From NCBI RefSeq assembly GCF_963921235.1, contig NC_086098.1:155744001-155808000 (forward strand): DNA of 64,000 nt, given 5' to 3'. This DNA is from Mobula hypostoma (taxonomy: Eukaryota). The translations under genes and the position numbers were made by a program. The notes beneath the pieces were generated by a model. The model was not told the origin of the DNA and searched no databases. It saw nothing but the letters and a program-made list of their open reading frames with translations. Positions 22,433-35,060 of this stretch are shown here, in pieces (the first letter of the stretch is position 1; each line of letters starts with the position of its first letter).

Positions 22433-23270
22433 CATTCCGGTTCACGGTCTGGTCCGCGGACGCCGGACTGCAGGTCTTCCAGCTGTCCCTGGCTTTGGTT
22501 GGACTTAACCATTCGCACCTGATGCTCATCTTGGGGCTGGGAATATAAGTCGCCCTGGGATCGAGTGTGGTTGCTGGGTAGTCTCGTCAGTCTCCCCTTG
22601 GAGCAACCCACTTGTAGAAGGCTAGTGCGGTCATCGGGATATGGATTTAGCTGTTCCTTAGCCTGCCGAGGTTACCGGCCGCCTCGAGTCTTGGAGTCAT
22701 TCCGGTCCTAGCTCCCTTCCTGTCCCTTGCCTGCGGCGGGTAAACCAGGCCGTTTGCCGTTGCCCTGCGGTTCGTTCTGTCCCTTCCTGTCCCTTGCCTC
22801 CGTCGGGTAAGCCAGGACGTTTGCTGTTGCCCTGCAGTTGGGTCTGTCCCTTCCTGCCCTTGCATCCGTGGGGATGAGTCCCGCGTCCTGCCCAGGAGTT
22901 GCCTCGAAACACCCTTGCCCCGTCATGTCCTTGTCGAGCCTCCAAGAATCCAAGCCTCGCCACGTCTTCCCCTGTTCCCCAGGAACGCAAGCCTCGCCAC
23001 GTCTTCGCATGGTTTTGGGGTCCGAACCCGAGTCAAGATACAGGTTCTGGGTCCTTGTCCAGTCTCTGGCTCGGAGTCCACGTCCAGGCTCCTCGTTCCT
23101 AGTCCCTCGTCCTGGTCCTGCTTCCCTAGCCTAGTCTGTGTTCCTGTCCCAGCTCCTTCTCTGCTTCCAGTCCCGTCCCTGACTCTAATTGTCTAGTCTA
23201 CTCCTGTTCCTAGTACTTCAGTGTCTGTGTCTTGTATTTCGGTCCGTTCCCAACGTCCCCCACTATGACA
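22433..23270. mobile_element. Probable solo LTR with internal 67-bp and about 38-bp tandem repeats
   Basis: Absent from paralogs (about 10770 and 54675); ends ...tatgaca; internal repeats at about 22715-22870 and 22950-23010. 5' end and TSD unclear. Confidence 0.55.
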
Positions 23271-24912
23271 CATCTTAAATGCTGAGTAAGCGTTATATGT
23301 TTGGCACCTGTCCCCTTTGCTTTATATGATCACGATACGTTTCTAAAGTAATCGATGCCACAGGTTTCAGGGTATTGTCGCAGTACCTAAACCGCGCTGT
23401 TTCAGATCTGGGAGTATTTGACAGAGTTGTGTGGAGGGACAATTAGTTTCTATCTGAGTCTTGAGGTACATTTTTGTGAATGTTTCATGCGACACGGAAG
23501 TTAGTGCACGAATTAGATACAAAGTAAAGCTCCTTTACTTTCTCCCATTATTATCTCTCCGGGTTTGCAAGAGTAAAATGCATTCCTGAACGTTCCCCTT
23601 TCAAACACTCCACGGATACGAGAATGATAAGTTAAAAACAAATTAATTTCACTTACAATATCGCGATAAATACTGTCAGGGCCAGGACATCAGGAGTTAG
23701 ATTGAAAGAAAAGCTCTTACACTGCCCGTTAGTGAATATCTGTCCTCAGCAGATGATGGATAATTCTGTAGTTGCACCGTGTCCGAAATATAGAATTTAG
23801 TGGAAGTGTTCAATTTAGATAAATAATTTAATAAAGTGTTCCATTGATTCCCTAACAGCATCAGAATTGATTTCCTCTTTGGAAATGAGGATTGCCAAGT
23901 AATTAAAGGAGCGCTTTGAGACCAATTACCAGAATTGGATTGGATTTTAAAGGATTTTAAAAGACATGGGAGTAATTCACAAATTAAATGCCTAAATTGG
24001 AGCAAAGCAAAGTTTCATGGGATTCGACCAGAACTCTTATAGAGTAATTCTGAGAAGGTGTTGGCAGGTATGGGAAAGTCTGGCAAGTCAGAAGCTTTTG
24101 AAAATGAGACACAGAGAATCCAGGGCAAATATATTCCTGTCAGGGTGAACGGCGGGGTAGGTAGGATTCAGGACTGCTGGCTGATGGAGCTGATTTAACC
24201 AACGCTGTTAGGAAAACAAGGACAGTTAGAGTCCAGTTAATGAAGACACCGGGGGGGGGGGGGGAAGAGGACATGAGATGATCCTAAGAGATTCTATAAA
24301 TATATACAGAACGGCGAGGTAGCTGGATAGAAGAAAGGTCCACTTAAGATGAATTTGTTCGTCGAGTTGTTGAGCCTTAGGAGAGAAAGTAGGACTTAAA
24401 ATGAATAATTTTCCTCTACTTTAAAGTGGAAAACGTCATGGACACTAGCAAAATCAAGGACGAACCCAGTGCTGCCCTGGAAGTTAATGATAGTATACAA
24501 AATTGTTGTTCGTGTGTCTGAGGTCTGAGGAGTAGAACCGTAAATAACTCTCCGGAGGCTGATGCCCTTCAATCAACGATGCACAGCAACAGGCGATTGT
24601 TCGAGAGTCATGGGATAGGAAGGGAGCTGAAGGTAGAGGGCTGAGCAAGAGCGAATGCTCTTGTATGTGATCCCGTGCGAATTCGGAAGTGTGCGAGTAG
24701 CGCTCTGTGTTTGCTCAGGTATCCTGGGTCGTTTTGCTAAAAACCACGCAGTAGAGCGATCTCCAGTCTTCTTCTATATTCATGCATTTAGATCTCGATA
24801 TCTCTCTGTGATAACCCCGAAGTAGCTGCTCTGCAAAGGGTAATCCACGTTAAAATAAATCACCCTCAGATATATGGGCTTTCGGGGACGCAAACAAACA
24901 AATATTAGAATT

Positions 24913-25089
24913 GAAGACACAAGGAAATCTGCAGATGCTGGAAATTCAAGCAACACACACACAAATTGCTGGTGAACGCAGCAGGCCAGGCAGCATCTAT
25001 AGGAAGAGGTACAGTCGACGTTTCGGGCCGTGACCCTTCGTCAGGACTACAGGGTCCTGGCCCGATACGTCGACTCTAACTCTTCCTGT
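24913..25089. mobile_element. Penelope terminal mini-insertion with internal inversion
   Basis: Minus-strand 3' end followed by a partial plus-strand copy. 13-bp TSD aaatattagaatt (24900-24912, 25090-25102). Confidence 0.85.
25013..25048 (-). ncRNA. Minimal hammerhead ribozyme
   Basis: Minus strand AGTC CTGACGA AGGG TCACGG CCC GAAACGTC GACT. Confidence 0.82.
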
Positions 25090-25431
25090 AAATATTAGAA
25101 TTATAACTGGCACCGGAATGTCTCAGTGATTGCAGTGTAGATAGCTAATTGTTTTGTAATATTTTTGAATTATAAATATTGCCCAGAAGAATAATCTGTC
25201 CTGCTTCTCTTGAAAATAACGCCCACGGGTCTTTTCCAGTCACCGCAACTAAGTCATTCCGTTAGTTTAACGCGTATTCGGCACCGTTGTACAATGTCAC
25301 TCCACGTTTTTCACTTGTCTTCGGTATGGGACTTGAACCTGAGAGGCCACAGGTCAAGCCACTAAGTTTTAAATGACTCACACACGCTTTCTTCTCGTTC
25401 TTTAACAATGGGTATTTCTTTTTCTTTGCAG

Positions 25432-25745
25432 GTGGAAATTTGTCCAGCTCTTCGATTACTTTTCTTCCACCCGCGTCTAAACAGATCACTGAAATACATA
25501 AGACGACTCTGGTGTGTCCAGTCGATTGTTATTACCCTGGAGGGGTGGAAATGTGCTGGAGCACCGACGGTAAGGTTGTGGCCACAGGTGTCGAGACATT
25601 CCGACAACTATCAGACCTACAGCCGGAGTTACCTCACCCTGGCCGCCTCCTAGTGGAGCTCACACGAAGAGTACACATGTTGTGTTAAAGCAGTTTTCTC
25701 GAGTGTCCGCTTAAGCGAAGCATTCCGAGTTCAGGCTGCGCGTAA
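25432..25745 (+). pseudogene. Orphan Ig light-chain C pseudo-exon 2
   Basis: Acceptor ctttgcAG precedes GNLSSSSITFLPPASKQITE..TTLVC..YYPGGVEMCW..GVET; frameshift; SYLTLAAS*WSSHEEYTC (TAG at 25651) ..KRSIPSSGCA*. Confidence 0.87.
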
Positions 25746-26737
25746 GGGGGAGCCGGCCGGCTGTGTGCGCGCTATTATTTACGGTCGGGCACAGCAACGT
25801 CCCACGATTGTTTCCATAACAAAGTATTACCAATTCAATGTCTTCGAAACAGGTTTCATCAAAACAGGAAATGCTGAACAATTCAGACAGTTTTCCATAT
25901 AACTGTTAATATTTTAGTTGAACGTCCTTTCATCAGAATGTTTAAATAGTTTAACTACAGAGAACAGAGAGGGTAGGGAGAAGAAAATAAATGTCTGCAA
26001 CGTGATGTCGACCAAGAAAGAATCAATGGTATATCACATCAAGTGAAAGGTAGTGAATCACATTTATTTAGAGATACAGCGTAAAACAGGACCTTCCGGT
26101 ACAGCCTGCCTTTTTAACACTAGCCTATTCACAGGACAATTTACAATTACCAATTAACCCACCAAAGAGAATGTCTGTTGATTGTGGGAGGAAACCAGAG
26201 CACCCGGAGGAAACCCACGCCGTTCTCGGGGAGATCAAAGAAACTCCTTACCGACGGCGCCAGAACTGACCTCCGAACTAAGGAACCCCGGAGATGTAGC
26301 GAGCCGCTACGCTACCCTGGCGCCCAGAAGGTGGAAGTGAATACAAAACTTAGCTTACGTAAGATAAAGTATGTAAATAGGAAATCCGTCGTGGATCTTC
26401 CTCAAGATGAGCATATCCCCCTCATTGTGCAAATGCTGTGAAGACAGAGGATGAGCCGTGGGTCATTGCTAGCTGCCGAAGGGCATGCTTGGAACAGTAA
26501 AGGTGCTACTAAACGTAACCACAGAAATTTTTGAGAACACTCAGCAGGGAAGTGATCTTATGTGGATTAAGAGGCATTGCTGACAATTCAATTCCGAAAT
26601 CATTCATTAGAATATTCTGATCTGAAACGTAAACTCTGTTCCTCATTCCACAGATGCTGCTTGAGCCGCCGTGTCTCAACATGTTCTGCTTATGCTTTAG
26701 GTTTCTAGCATCTAACGTTTAGTTTTGATTATCGTAC

Positions 26738-27612
26738 TTTTACATACCTCAAGGAGATCTTGTGATTTTTTTTGTGAGAATGATGTAATGGTCTTTTGGA
26801 TGTCACCCGATGTAATTTTCCCGCCGATGTGCGGTCACGTGAGGACATGTTCATCACGGGTATAAAGGGAAGACCTCAGGTGACGCGGTTAGTTTTCAGT
26901 TTTTAGTTTTCCGCTAGAACGTTAGTGTGTCTTCGTTTCTGTTGCGTATTTATTTTATGACGCAGTTTCATTTTTAAAACGGAGTGTTACGTTCTGTTGC
27001 AAGGTATAATAGTGCTGGACTGGCAATTTTTGCTAGATGTGCTGATGTAACTTTTTCCAGTAGCATGGGAGAGTGATGACTTTATCGAAGTACAGGACCC
27101 GAAGGATTAAGAGAAGTTGGTGTCGTTCGGCAGTTTAACAAAGGATCGAACTTATTGAGTCTTCGTTGAAGAAGTAGCGACCTGCATCGTGATAACTCTT
27201 GCCAAAAGATAAGGAAGTTCATGCAAGGTTTGCTCTCTAGAAATTAAGGTCAGTTGTTTTAAACCGTTTATTTCCTGCATCGTGAAACCTTTGGACAGAA
27301 TCAACAGGAAAGTCGCCTTTATGAAGAAACCCTTCGCCAGCGATGTCTCTCCCAATTGAATATATAAATCTGTTGGACTTTCGAATTTACCATTTTAAGA
27401 ACTGTATCTGACTTTACTGCTTTAAGAACTGTTTTCGCCTTTAACGCTTTAAGAACCGGTGCCGGGTGACGATTTGTTGAACATTCGCATACCGGTTAAC
27501 TTCCGGTTAAGGTTTCCGTTAGTTTTTTATTGTTTATCCGTGTTTAATAAATGTTTGGTTGTTTTTATGCAACCTGTTTCGATTGATATTCATTGTTGCC
27601 GGTTACGTAACA
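26738..27612. mobile_element. Solo LTR (Gypsy-like)
   Basis: Ends ggttacgtaaca, with a degenerate inverted match at the start. 4-bp TSD gtac (26734-26737, 27613-27616). Empty site in paralogs at about 21150 and 43250. Confidence 0.75.
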
Positions 27613-28439
27613 GTACGACTATGACGAATTAGCTTAGTGAAAGTGCAACAGAAGATTACGTATATTGAAAATCGCTAAAAAGTAACCATCTTTTCAACCA
27701 ATGTTCGACCTTTTTTTTTACTGAATATAAGAAGATTGTGCGTTGAATGAACGATTACTATGTTAGATTAGATGGACGAACGTACAAGATGTCAGATGTT
27801 CTGATGCTTGTCGCAGTAGTGCTATGAATATTGTGGTGTAATAATATTAAGTAGAAGTTGGTAAGGATTCTTATTAGAGCGGTGATATATGTGCGTAACA
27901 AGAAGGCGGCAATGATACTCATTTTGTGATTATGTAGAGTTAGGATTTGTTTAGGTGTTTATTGATCCTGAGCACGCGTGTGAGGTTGAGGCCAGTAAAT
28001 ATTTCTCAACAATACATTTAAGTTGCGGATGTTTTCTCCCTGTCATTGACATCATTATCCATAGTGTGAGAATGATACTTTGAATAACCTGAATGGATTC
28101 CGTGGCCCAGGCATACAGAATCCATCTTGTGCATCTCCCCCTCATTGCCGATGCAATCCTTATATAAATGTCCATTTTATGCTTGCATGTTACGTTTCTC
28201 TTAAACTTGGCTCTCCTTAGAAAGCATAAATATTCTACTGGAAAACCTAATCAATAAGTACACCGTGAAGTGAATCCCAGTCAAATCTCTAATTACCACC
28301 TCCGTCTGTTTTCAGCTTTAATATTTCTGCAGGGATTTGCAGTCATCTTTGAAGTAAAAGTAAGCGGACACATTTCAGCAGTTCCGTTAAGCATGCAATG
28401 TTTGATTATATTAAATATCTGATTATATTAAAGTTTCTT

Positions 28440-28730
28440 GTTGTGAATTAGTAACTTTGGTCTCGCCTAGCAAGTTAAAGACCGAAGAAAGATGCAGCAG
28501 TACCAACACAGGATCACCTACCTCCACCCACTGCCTATCCCTGCTCCAGCAAGATCACTTATCTTGCCCATTGCCCTGCTGTTCCTCGTACGCGGTTCTT
28601 CACAAGGAGTTCTAGAATCTGTCAGTGTCACCGATAAATACCGTATATCACTGATCTCTGAGGAGAAAGTTGGGAATGCTTCATATAAAAAGAAGCTTTT
28701 TAGTCCTCAGATTATCCAAATCTTCAACTG
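28440..28730 (-). mobile_element. Degenerate Gypsy integrase C-terminal relic
   Basis: A minus frame reads ..RQWVEVGDPVLVLL.., matching the VGDxVLVLL motif, with many stops. Confidence 0.4.
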
Positions 28731-28869
28731 AAGACGGTCGACTTCAGATGTAGCTTTAACAGCTACAGAAAGCACTTCCCAATATCTGGATTCGAAGAAG
28801 GAGTCTGAGAGTCTGAGTGGGCGTGCCGAGAAAGACATTTTTGAAATTTTCGCTATTTGTTTTTCTCCA

Positions 28870-31800
28870 ACGGCGTTCTGAGAGGCGGGACTGCGCAGGC
28901 GTGTGACGTCGACTGTGCAGTGCGGCAGATTTAAAAGGAACAAAGCCTCATAGAGCGGGCAGCGTAGTTTGCGGGCGGCGGAGTGAGCCGGGAGCACAGT
29001 GAAGACTTAAGGGCTTCGGCTCAACGGGCTTAGGCGGAAACAGGCGAGGCGAGGAAGGTTTGGCATTCATTTTCTGCTGTTATTTGAGGAGAGGGGCAGT
29101 ATGAGTGTGAGGGCAGTTTGCTGTTCTCGGTGTCGGATGTGGGAGGCCCTAGAGTCTCCAAGCCTCCCGGACGTCTACATCTGCGCCAAGTGCATCGAGA
29201 TGCAGCTCCTAAGGGACCGCGTTACGGAACTGGAGCTGCAGCTCGATGACCTTCGTCTGGTCAGGGAGAATGAGGAGGAGATAGAGAGGAGTTGCAGGCA
29301 GGTGGTCACGCCGGGGCCACGGGAGGCAGACAAGTGGGTCACGGTTAGGAGGGGGAAGGGGAAAAGTCAGGTAATAGGGAGTACCCCGGTGGCTGTGCCC
29401 CTTAACAACAGATACTCCTGTTTGAGTACTGTTGGGGGGGGACAGCTTACCCGGGGGAAGCGACTGTGGCCGTGCCTCCGGCACAGAGTCTGGCCCTGTA
29501 GCTCAGAAGGGTAGGGCAAGGAAGAGGAGGGCAGTTGTGATAGGGGACTCAATAGTAAGGGGGTCAGATAGGCGATTCTGTGGACGCAGTCCAGAGACCC
29601 GGATGGTAGTTTGCCTCCTGGGTGCCAGGGTCCGGGATATTTCTGATCGTGTCCAAGATATCCTGAAGTGGGAGAGTGAGGAGTCAGAGGTCGTGGTACA
29701 TATAGGTACCAATGACATAGGTAGGAAAAGGGATGAAGTCCTGAAAGGAGAATATAGGGAGCTAGGAAGGGAGTTGAGAAAAAGGACCGCAAAGGTAGTA
29801 ATCTCGGGATTACTGCCTGTGCCACGCGACAGTGAGAGTAGGAATGCGATGAGGTGGAGGATAAATGCGTGGCTGAGGGATTGGATCAGGGTCAGGGATT
29901 CAAGTTTTTGGATGATTGGGACCTCTTTTGGCGCAGGCGTGACCTGTACAAAAAGGACGGGTTACACTTGAATCCTAGGGGGACCAATATCCTGGCAGGG
30001 AGATTAGCGGGGGCTACTGAGGTGACTTTAAACTAGAGTGGTTGGGGGGTGGGAATCAAATTAAAGAGGCTAGGCGTGACGAGGTTATTTCACAACAGTG
30101 GGATGGAAACCAGTGCAGAGAGACAGAGGGGTGTAAAGTGAGGGTAGAAGCAAAAAGTACTAAGGAGAAAAGTAAAAGTAGCAGGCCGACAAATCCAGGG
30201 CAAGCATTAAAAAGGGCCACTTTTCAACATAATTGTATAAGGGCTAAGAGAGTTGTAAAAGAGCGCCTGAAGACTTTGTGTGTCAATGCAAGGAGCATTC
30301 GTAACAAGGTGGATGAATTGAAAGTGCAGATTGTTATTAATGATTATGATATAGTTGGGATCACAGAGACATGGCTCCAGGGTGACCAGGGATGGGAGCT
30401 CAACGTTCAGGGATATTCAATATTCAGGAGGGATAGACAATGAAGGAAGGGGAGGTGGGGTGGCGTTGCTGGTTAAAGAAGAGATTAACGCAATAGAAAG
30501 GAAGGACATAAGCCGGGAAGATGTGGAATCGATATGGGTAGAGCTGCGTAACACTAAGGGGCAGAAGACGCTGGTGGGAGTTGTGTACAGGCCACCTAAC
30601 AGTAGTAGTGAGGTCGGAGATGGTATTAAACAGGAAATTAGAAATGTGTGCAATAAAGGAACAGCAGTTATAATGGGTGACTTCAATCTACATTTAGATT
30701 GGGTGAACCAAATTGGTAAAGGTGCTGAGGAAGAGGATTTCTTGGAATGTATGCGGGATGGTTTTTTGAACCAACATGTCGAGGAAACAACTAGAGAGCA
30801 GGCTCTTCTGGACTGGGGTTTGAGCAATGAGGAAGGGTTAATTAGCGATCTTGTCGTGAGAGGCCCCTTGGGTAAGAGTGACCATAATATGGTGGAATTC
30901 TTCATTAAGATGGAGAGTGACATAGTTAATTCAGAAACAAAGGTTCTGAACTTAAAGAGGGGTAACTTTGAAGGTATGAGACGTGAATTAGCTAAGATAG
31001 ACTGGCAAATGACACTTAAAGGATTGACGGTGGATATGCAATGGCAAGCATTTAAAGATTGCATGGATGAACTACGACAATTGTTCATCCCAGTTTGGCA
31101 AAAGAATAAATCAAGGAAGGTAGTTCACCCGTGGCTGACAAGAGAAATTAGGGATAGTATCAATTCCAAAGAAGAAGCATACAAATTAGCCAGAGAAAGT
31201 GGCTCACCTGAGGACTGGGAGAAGTACAGAGTTCAGCAGAGGAGGACAAAGGGCTTAATTAGGAAGGGGAAAAAAGATTATGAGAGAAAACTGGCAGGGA
31301 ACATAAAAACGGACTGTAAAAGCTTTTATAGATATGTAAAAAGGAAAAGACTGGTAAAGACAAATGTAGGTCCCCTACAGACAGAAACAGGTGAATTGAT
31401 TATGGGGAGCAAGGACATGGCAGACCAATTGAATAATTAGTTTGGTTCTGTCTTCACTAAGGAGGACATAAATAATCTTCCAGAAATAGTAGGGGACAGA
31501 GGGTCCAGTGAGATGGAGGAACTGAGCGAAATGCATGTTAGTAGGGAAGTGGTGTTTGGTAAATTAAAGGGATTGAAGGCAGATAAATCCCCAGGGCCAG
31601 ATGGTCTGCATCCTAGAGTGCTTAAGGAAGTAGCCCAAGAAATAGTGGATGCATTAGTGATAATTTTTCAAAACTCGTTAGATTCTGGACTAGTTCCTGA
31701 GGATTGGAGGGTGGCTAATGTAACTCCACTTTTTAAAAAAGGAGGGAGAGAGAAACCGGGGAATTATAGACCGGTTAGCCTAACGTCGGTGGTGGGGAAA

Positions 31801-33167
31801 ATGCTGGAGTCAGTTATCAAGGATGTGATAACAGCACATTTGGAAAGCGGTGAAATGTTCGGACAAAGTCAGCATGGATTTGTGAAAGGAAAATTATGTC
31901 TGACGAATCTCATAGAATTTTTTGAGGATGTAGCTAGTAGAGTGGATGGGGAGAACCAGTGGATTTGGATTTTCAAAAGGCTTTTGACAATGTCCCACAC
32001 AGGAGATTAGTGTGCAAACTTAAAGCACACGGTATTCGGGGTAAGGTATTGGTGTGGCTGGAGAATTGGTTAGCAGACAGGAAGCAAAGATGGGGAATAA
32101 ACGGGACCTTTTCAGAATGGCCGGCGGTGACTAGTGGGGTACCGCAACGCTCAGTGCTGGGACCCCAGTTATTTACAATATATATTAATGACTTGGATGA
32201 GGGAATTAAATGCAGCATCTCCAAGTTTGCGGATGACACGAAGCTGGGTGGCAGTGTCAGCTGTGAGGAGGATGCTAAGAGGATGCACGGTGACTTGGAT
32301 AGGTTGGGTGAGTGGGCAAATTCATGGCTGATGCAATTTAATGTGGATAAATGTGAAGTTATCCACTTTGGTGGCAAAAATAGGAAATCAGGTTATTATC
32401 TGAATGGTGGCCGTTTAGGAAAAGGGGAGGTGCAACGAGACCTGGGTGTCATTATACACCAGTCATTGAAAGTGGGCATGCAGGTACAGCAGGCGGTGAA
32501 AAAGGCGAATGGTATGCTGGCATTTATAGCGAGAGGATTCGTGTACAGGAGCAGGGAGGTACTACTGCAGTTGTACAAGGCCTTGGTGAGACCACACCAA
32601 GAGTATTGTGTGCAGTTTTTGTCCCCTAATCTGAGGAAAGACATCCTTGCCTTAGAGGGAGTACACACAAGGTTCACCAGATTGATTCCTGGGATGGCAG
32701 GACTTTCATATGATGAAAGACTGGATCAACTGGGCTCGTACTCGTTGGAATTTAGAAGATTGAGGGGGGATCTGATTGAAACGTATAAGATCCTAAAGAG
32801 ATTGGACAGGCTAGATGCAGGAAGATTGTTCCCGATGTTGGGGAAGTCCAGAACGAGGGGCCACAGTTTGAGAATAGAGGGGAAGCCTTTTAGGACCGAG
32901 ATTAGGAAAAACCTCTTCACACAGAGAGTGGTGAATCTGTGGAATTCTCTGCCACAGGAAACAGTTGAGGCCAGTTCATTGGCTATATTTAAGAGGGCGT
33001 TAGATATGGCCCTTGTGGCTACGGGGGTCAGGGGGTATGGAGGGAAGGCTGGGGCGGGGTTCTGAGTTGGATGATCAGCCATGATTATAATAAATGGCGG
33101 TGCAGGCTCGAAGGGCTGAATGGCCTACTCCTGCACCTATTTTCTATGTTTCTATGTTTCTATGTTT
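28870..33167 (+). mobile_element. Near full-length CR1 LINE (5' UTR, ORF1, ORF2, tail)
   Basis: ORF1 from 29101 has CxxC...CxxC, coiled coil and SGNH esterase (GDS, GTND, DGLH), with a frameshift at the G-run near 29432. ORF2 (30042-33065) encodes APE and RT (FADD) with a frameshift near 30440, stop at 31438 and lesion near 31950. (tttctatg)n tail. 5' boundary approximate. Confidence 0.96.
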
Positions 33168-33924
33168 CTCAAACGAATTGAGAATTTTGCACAGAGATCG
33201 TCGGACATTCCGTTAATCTACAGTAACTTTACTCCAGTTTTCTTAAATATGAGTTTAATTGATATTGTTTTCACCTTGGGAATTAATTCAGACTACGACG
33301 CTGCACTGATACCAAGCAAATATATCGTGTCTTATACACAGTAAATAAGCACTGGGTAGAAAAATAGCGATCTCTGGAACTCCCTGCACAATTTGAGCAA
33401 TTTATTTAAATATACGACTTACCACCTCAATACGAAGCCAAATAATAATGCGTGAAAGTAATATTGTAAACATTTTCTATTACCTTTGGCAAATCAAATT
33501 TAAAAATCGGAAACAAAAAGGTCAGCAAATGCATCAAAATATGGACACATCATTTACTGTTAATCAATTATAAAAGTCAAGATATCACTTTTAATTTATT
33601 GCTCTGCAAAATCGTAACGTATGGCGCAATATATTGAATATCACCACTCTAAGTTTCTCCATTTCCGTTTGGTTTATCTAATCTCGTAAGAAACGACTTC
33701 ACTATTACTTTCCCACTTCCATATTGTCAAGTGTGGTAAGTGTTTTCAGTATTTCAGTGAGGTGACCACTTTTCTAAACCCTGGAGAATTCAGGTATAGC
33801 CTCTTAACTCTCGACATAAAATCAACATCTACTCCCAGATGCTAAACGGACGAACCCTCTTCATTTAATCGCATTCGTATCTATCCTTGGAGAGAGAATT
33901 ACCAGCTGTTCAAATCGGACACCA

Positions 33925-34180
33925 CGAGAGCGTAGCGGTTAGCGCGAAAATATTACAGCTTGGGGTATCGGAGTGCAGAGTTCAAGCCCGACGTCTTTCG
34001 TAAGGAGTTTGTATATTCCTCTCCGTGAACACGCGGGTTTCCTCCAGGTGCTCTGGTTTCCTCCAAATTCCGAAGTAACTTGTCCTGTGATTAGTTTAAG
34101 ATTACTAGGTGGGTTGCTGGGCTGTGAGGCTCACTGGGTCGGAAGGGCCTGTTCCACGCAATGTCTCTAAATAAATAAAT
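33925..34180 (+). mobile_element. V-SINE/HE1-like SINE
   Basis: tRNA-like head, core gggtttcctccaggtgctctggtttcctcc, tail gaagggcctgttcc..(taaa)n. Confidence 0.75.
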
Positions 34181-34699
34181 GAGTCTTCAGATGCCGTACT
34201 GTTGAGGTGTGACTGTGCTTAACTTACCGTTATAATCATGTCCTGTTGCCCTTCCCACTAATGGTTTTCATTCACATTGACTCTCGGTGATTCATTTGCA
34301 GATCCTAAATTGTCTTCTGATACTGACATTGTAATCTATTGTTTTAATTTTCAATTCGTACAGATGGTTACTTCATGTTCAGAAAGGACATAGGACACCG
34401 AAGGGCCTTCTTCTGTGTGCTCTAATTCTATGGCTTTCTGACTACCCTTAACTGGGCCAGTTCCCCTGTCAGTCCTTTGTGCTTTAAATTTATATATAAA
34501 ATTCCAGCACATGTCTTCATCTGTCAGATTCCATGTCGTCCTCCTTCCCCTGCCCCATCTTCTTCTTCTGGCAACTTCCTTCATTCCTAGTCCGAAAGAA
34601 GGGTCTCGGCCCTGAACGTCAGCTGTTCGTTCATGTCCGCAGATGTTACCTGACCACCTGGGATCTTTCAGCGTTTTGTGTGTGTTGCTTAGGTGTATT

Positions 34700-35060
34700 G
34701 AAGGAACGTGTGCTGACTGGCTGTATTACGGCCTTGTGTGGGAACAGCAATGCCTTTGCGCGGAAAATCCTAAAAGAGTTAGTGGACTCGGCCCAGTACA
34801 TCAACGGGTAATACGCGCCCAGTGTACATCTATATGAAATGTTGCCGCAGAAAAGCAGCATCGATCGGTTCAAGAACGGTCACTACCCCTCAATAATCAG
34901 GCTCCTGAACTGCAGTGGATAACTACATTCAATTAAGGACTCTTTTATCTTGTTATTTCATGCTCGTTATTTCTTGCTATTTATTTATTATCTGCATTTG
35001 CTCAGTTTGTTTACAGTTTGTAGTTCTCGATGTTTACAGTTTACAGATCCTGCTTGCTGC
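34700..35060 (+). mobile_element. Rex1/Babar-like LINE 3' fragment
   Basis: VLTGCITALCGN motif and (tttacag)n tail; similar to 63330-64000. Confidence 0.6.

Noticed and set aside
22647-23196. Several overlapping 70-100 aa ORFs as a novel repeat protein
   Set aside because: They arise from GC-rich tandem repeats inside a probable solo LTR that is absent from paralogs; no domain signature.
24251-24265. G-run as a G-quadruplex or switch-like element
   Set aside because: A single homopolymer within a CR1 relic, absent from paralogs; light-chain loci have no switch regions.
30417-33082. Long antisense ORFs (e.g. 30417-31088, 31973-32377, 32726-33082)
   Set aside because: Shadow frames of CR1 ORF2 with no independent coding evidence.
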